The position numbers were made by a program, and so were the translations under genes. A model generated the notes under the pieces. The model was not told where the DNA came from, searched no databases, and saw nothing but the letters and a program-made list of their open reading frames with translations. From a virus (lineage: Duplodnaviria; Caudoviricetes), in IMG/VR virus record IMGVR_UViG_2773857766_000004, positions 1 to 64,000 of that record: a DNA stretch of 64,000 nucleotides; one strand, given 5' to 3'. Of this stretch, positions 62,201 through 64,000 are shown piece by piece (position 1 is the stretch's first letter; every line of letters begins with the position of its first letter).

Positions 62201-64000
62201 CCAGCCCCGTCCAGCCCTTCTCGTAGTTTCCGAGGTAGGTGCTGCGGGCCTCGGCCTCATCGGCCGCGCCCATCACCACCTTGTGCTCGTCGAATGAACC
62301 ATCCTTGTTCACCTGGTCCACCACGAACACCGGCAGGGCCGAGTCTTCGGCGCGATCGGTCATGAACACGTCCACGTGGTCCTTGTCCGCACCCTTGGTC
62401 CCCTTGATGTAGCCGTAATGGTTCTGCAGGGGAGGCCATTCAGGCCGGCGGCGCGTGCCGGCCGGATTCTCGATGCTGATGTCGTGACCGTTGATGCGAG
62501 CGTGGCCCTTCCGATAGTTGCCGGCCAGCTTCTGGGCCTCGGTCGGCTCGGGCAGGTCGTTGCTCAGGCTGGTGGCCGCCTCTTGCGCCGCGGCTTGCGC
62601 CACAGTGGGCGCAGATACCGGAGCAGCAGCTGCGCGCGCGGCACGGGCGCTGGTGCCAGCAGCCTTCGGCGGCACCCTCGCCTCGGCGGCAGCCGGCACC
62701 GGCTGGGCGTCCAGCGGAGGGAACGTGGTGCCGCGCGCCATGGCGACGGGTGCTGCAGGTGCTGGCGCCGGCGCGGCGGCGGCCTCCTGCACAGGCGCGA
62801 TCAGGTCGGCAATTTTGCGCTTCAGATCGCTGTTCAGGTTCTCCCACTTGGCGCCCGCCAGGTTCTTCTGCAGGACGGGCTTGAGGCCCTTCAGTTGCTC
62901 GGCAACCACCTGGCGCTGGACGGTAGGCAATCGGGTCCAGGTCTGGCCGGCGGCATCGATGCGCTGGGCGCGCTGGTCCTTGCTTTCCGGCGCTGCTTGC
63001 GCGCCTGCCGCTGTCTTTGCTTGCGCTCCAGCGTCCGCAGTCGTGGTGCCGCCATTGATCAGTGTCCCTTGCGCTGGTGCGCCAGCAGCGGCGACGGCCG
63101 GAGCCTGCGCTGCTGCTGGTGGTTGGGTGCTCGCTGGTTGGGCTTGGGGGCCATCGGTGGTTCCTTTCACGGGGGTGGATTGCTCGGCGGCGCGGGCAGC
63201 CTTGCGGCGCGACAGCTCCTGCGCCAGCTTGATGCGCACGTCGCGGCCCTGGGCGCCGCGGAAGACTTCCGACAGCTGCGCGTCGCTCCAGTTGGCCACG
63301 TCATCGGAACCGGGGATCTCGCCCGTTTCCGGATCCGCGCCAAGAGGTGACCGCGCCGGCTGCTCCTGTTTCTGGGCCTTGCCGCTCTTCTCGCCGGCCT
63401 CGGCCGCCTGTGCCAACGCGGCGGCCTGCTGCATCTGGTCGGAGACGCCGGTATCCACCGCCATGGCGGCGCCGGTCGAAAGCGGGCCGTCGGCGGGGTT
63501 GATCCCCATGCGCACGGAGCGCGGCACCTGGGCGCCCGTGGACTGGTAGATCTCGTCGTCCGGGCTCTCCACCGCGCGCGAGGCCTCCATGTCGGCCTGG
63601 CGCTGCGCCGCGGCGGCGGCGCGCTGCTCGGCCAGGGCGGCGGCCCCGTCCGGCGGTGCAGACTGGGGCCCGAGCACCTCGCCCTGTTCCTGCTCCTGCA
63701 GCATGCGTAGCTGCTCGGCGAAGGCCTCGCTCACCCGCTCAAGCCCGGGATTGCGCGCCGGGGCCTCTGCCGCCGGCTCGTCGCCAGCGGGCCGGGCCGC
63801 GGCGGGATCGCCCTCGCCGACCGCGGCCGCGCGCGGCCGCGCCGCGGCATGGTAGCCAGCAGCACCAGCCCCCATCGCCCCACCGGACAGGGCGCCCAGC
63901 ACGATGGCCGAGTCCACCTGGTCGTACCAGGGCTTGTCGAGCGCGACGTTCTGGAAGATCTGTTCGGCCACGGACTGCGGCAGTTCCTCCAGCAGGCCCT
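56241..64000 (-). CDS. Giant polyvalent internal virion/ejection protein (PLxRFG motif) with intein; 5' end outside the window
   Basis: Frame open past 63971 (GLLEELPQSVAEQ); PPase-like HYGYIKGTKGADKDHVD, zincin-like HEVAGH, YAPLSRFG. Confidence 0.88.
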   Translation of the reverse strand, partial: GLLEELPQSVAEQIFQNVALDKPWYDQVDSAIVLGALSGGAMGAGAAGYHAAARPRAAAVGEGDPAAARPAGDEPAAEAPARNPGLERVSEAFAEQLRMLQEQEQGEVLGPQSAPPDGAAALAEQRAAAAAQRQADMEASRAVESPDDEIYQSTGAQVPRSVRMGINPADGPLSTGAAMAVDTGVSDQMQQAAALAQAAEAGEKSGKAQKQEQPARSPLGADPETGEIPGSDDVANWSDAQLSEVFRGAQGRDVRIKLAQELSRRKAARAAEQSTPVKGTTDGPQAQPASTQPPAAAQAPAVAAAGAPAQGTLINGGTTTADAGAQAKTAAGAQAAPESKDQRAQRIDAAGQTWTRLPTVQRQVVAEQLKGLKPVLQKNLAGAKWENLNSDLKRKIADLIAPVQEAAAAPAPAPAAPVAMARGTTFPPLDAQPVPAAAEARVPPKAAGTSARAARAAAAPVSAPTVAQAAAQEAATSLSNDLPEPTEAQKLAGNYRKGHARINGHDISIENPAGTRRRPEWPPLQNHYGYIKGTKGADKDHVDVFMTDRAEDSALPVFVVDQVNKDGSFDEHKVVMGAADEAEARSTYLGNYEKGWTGLGGITQMTQDEFKDWVRDPAKTVKPAAAPAAGDALPTAAAEEAGPAPDKDAETAPAPAPALPASESASAAPPAPPAAAETVPQRMKRAKAEKAAAPATPAAAGEASPAAKPKTVPEKMKDAKAKRESKAVREAREAEERRAAYFAPGNVVRGYGGGFDRVVSYQPADADGRWSVTVREVQKDGSGAWADKAGAVERTHGTEPSKVNYATGPAGRMEVDPAPAPAAASHEPSAPARNRDNARKRGPAESEPLFRRYAQDDLGAGMAAELLRIMGKGDGFSPEARLQAVESIRATVSPIVAAWQNAPEVVVAYDLNDPIIPQRVRDADTRQRSGGAHGAPEGFYFGGKAYLMASRLTTPEDAARVLYHEVAGHHGLRGLFGPELDKILNQVATMRRADVDAKMAEYGMRGVDRISRARAAEEVLAEMAEKNPQLSFVQRAVAAIRNFLREHVPGFGSLRLRDADIIQAYILPARNWVERAAAARERGMGSAAMQYSLAQDEARSGFAAEVRAAITAGLNNDERALRAQVPLGIETPAALEALGVVRKPVVTNRNLLAKMHFEHGVPRADLERLGELLSNPVMVFKSDTQPGRMVVVTSLVVRGNPVVVAVDPNGASNRAEVVYVPSAYPKDNADRTFTRWIRDGLLQFANKKESRQLATTARLQLPGVVQRVSGFRANYKTEADLPQTGAGPDVMFSRERIAALKDSALDQITQTMSHPGKVSLWDKTIGTMRHLAERAPAFKPVFESAQRFIDDVSMLGNDAADMAPRLLPRVDSWRDLTKKPITAADNKAVARPLFEGTLMWARDIDGTPVLLDDLTAKYQNLPADQKAQLLLRGGRLDPKILTAWQGLPVGMYEANVNTSFNSRVLKAGVVWSQKELETMFGLDANQVSLYQEGRAAIDRSIDMTARADMLRSLGDEYAGMRDAVLAQETLDDAVELLTRTLMDDARDRPEWSERLMKLNNAVVKAQERAQQLMDEGYAPLSRFGRYTVDVVDAAGDRQYFGMFETKADSNRMKAEMEKQFPGATVTQGTMSQDAFKLFAGVTPESLEMFGSMLGLDGKGDDPKDKAFQAYLQLAKNNHSALKRLIHRKGVAGYSEDVGRVLASFVYSNARLGAGGLNAGTMESAINAIPKEQGELKDLAMGLRDYIANPQEEGQAVRGMLFAQYLGGSVASAAVNMMQPFQITMPWLSQFGGMRKAGAQMARALKDMSRKGFQYEPDLAAAMQSAEEDGVVSPQEIHQLMSQARGTGSLRTGDGTKVGDARAAVANNWERVKVAWGQPFALAEQFNRRSTFIAAYRMAKEQGMAEPSNFARKAVLETQFVYSKANKPRFARGAVGGALFCVDDTTEALTQRGWVGPDHLVPGDMLASFDMTTERLIWAPMASVHIFDHDGEMVHAKSKTLDMLMTPDHRVVHYKRKRTKGAQRGTTHWELGVAEAQDIPASHRVQIPTAAPFDHLPTGEPITDAQARVLGWVVTEGWFTKKNRGREEWGGALKLYQNEGRTADLIRADLDAAGLEYTETTWNYVGGNAAHIRFNIKKSSAAVLRKMLPGKQLTPALLMRMTKAQIELLVDRMIEGDGSESAAGQRCLIQNPGQTLETFQMALTILGKSFRVSKHGPSCRKVLIRESQRTENGRYSVKESERVRYTGRVWCPIVPGTSTWVARRNGMPFITHNTFKTYSVSYLELMHRMWTQGGPEGKRAVGWAIAMLLLMSGAGGLPFMEDAEDLIDGAAQMMGYNLSSKQWRKQLLADVMGKEIADFVEQGVSGLPGAPVDVSGRMGLGNLLPGTGLLLSKQNRERDLLEVAGPAGDLIARGFTAGRKLLTGDAGGAALEVAPTAVRNAVKGVDMAATGIYKDKKGYKVIDTTLAEAGAKFLGFQPKSVAEVQEANSFMQRTKTFYTQTSSEIKAQWADALFRKDDAALAEARERLADWNRNNPEQPIVVKMPDVWKRVREMGKDRTQRIADTAPKALRQQMREAAREAGQAPA
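57183..58181 (-). mobile_element. Intein (333 aa) with LAGLIDADG-type endonuclease
   Basis: GALF|CVDDTTEALTQRGW (block A), MTPDHRV (block B), LGWVVTEG and MIEGDGS (endonuclease blocks), VWCP..WVARRNG..ITHN|T (blocks F/G). Confidence 0.92.

Larger units (their letters stand above)
49714..64000. mobile_element. Prophage 2, podovirus-like, integrated in tRNA-Val; continues beyond the window
   Basis: att fragment, lysis cassette, tail genes, giant PLxRFG-motif virion protein. Confidence 0.9.

Overview
High-GC betaproteobacterial chromosome (gene content suggests Comamonadaceae, Acidovorax-like) occupied almost entirely by two prophages that flank one host gene. Prophage 1 (1..~47596, left end outside the window) is a lambdoid/HK97-type siphovirus integrated at tRNA-His. 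It carries lysis, tail, head, terminase, tRNA-fMet, Q-like, replication, cII/cro/cI, two orphan methyltransferase, xis-like and integrase genes. Host tRNA-His and ppiD follow. A 47-bp 3' fragment of tRNA-Val(TAC) marks the att site of prophage 2 (49714..>64000), a probable podovirus-like element with a SAR-endolysin cassette, tail genes and a >2576-aa polyvalent virion protein containing a 333-aa intein. The most notable observations are: (1) two unannotated tandem polyproline micropeptides abutting a 3-TM protein at the rexAB-equivalent position next to cI; (2) a repeated SD-sequestering hairpin leader in front of unrelated antisense mini-morons; (3) a major tail gene with ATC where the start ATG is expected; (4) a multidomain Gp49/66 fusion that may be an anti-defence nucleotide sponge; (5) the intein in a virion protein. 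All family assignments are from motif recognition by eye; no searches were run.
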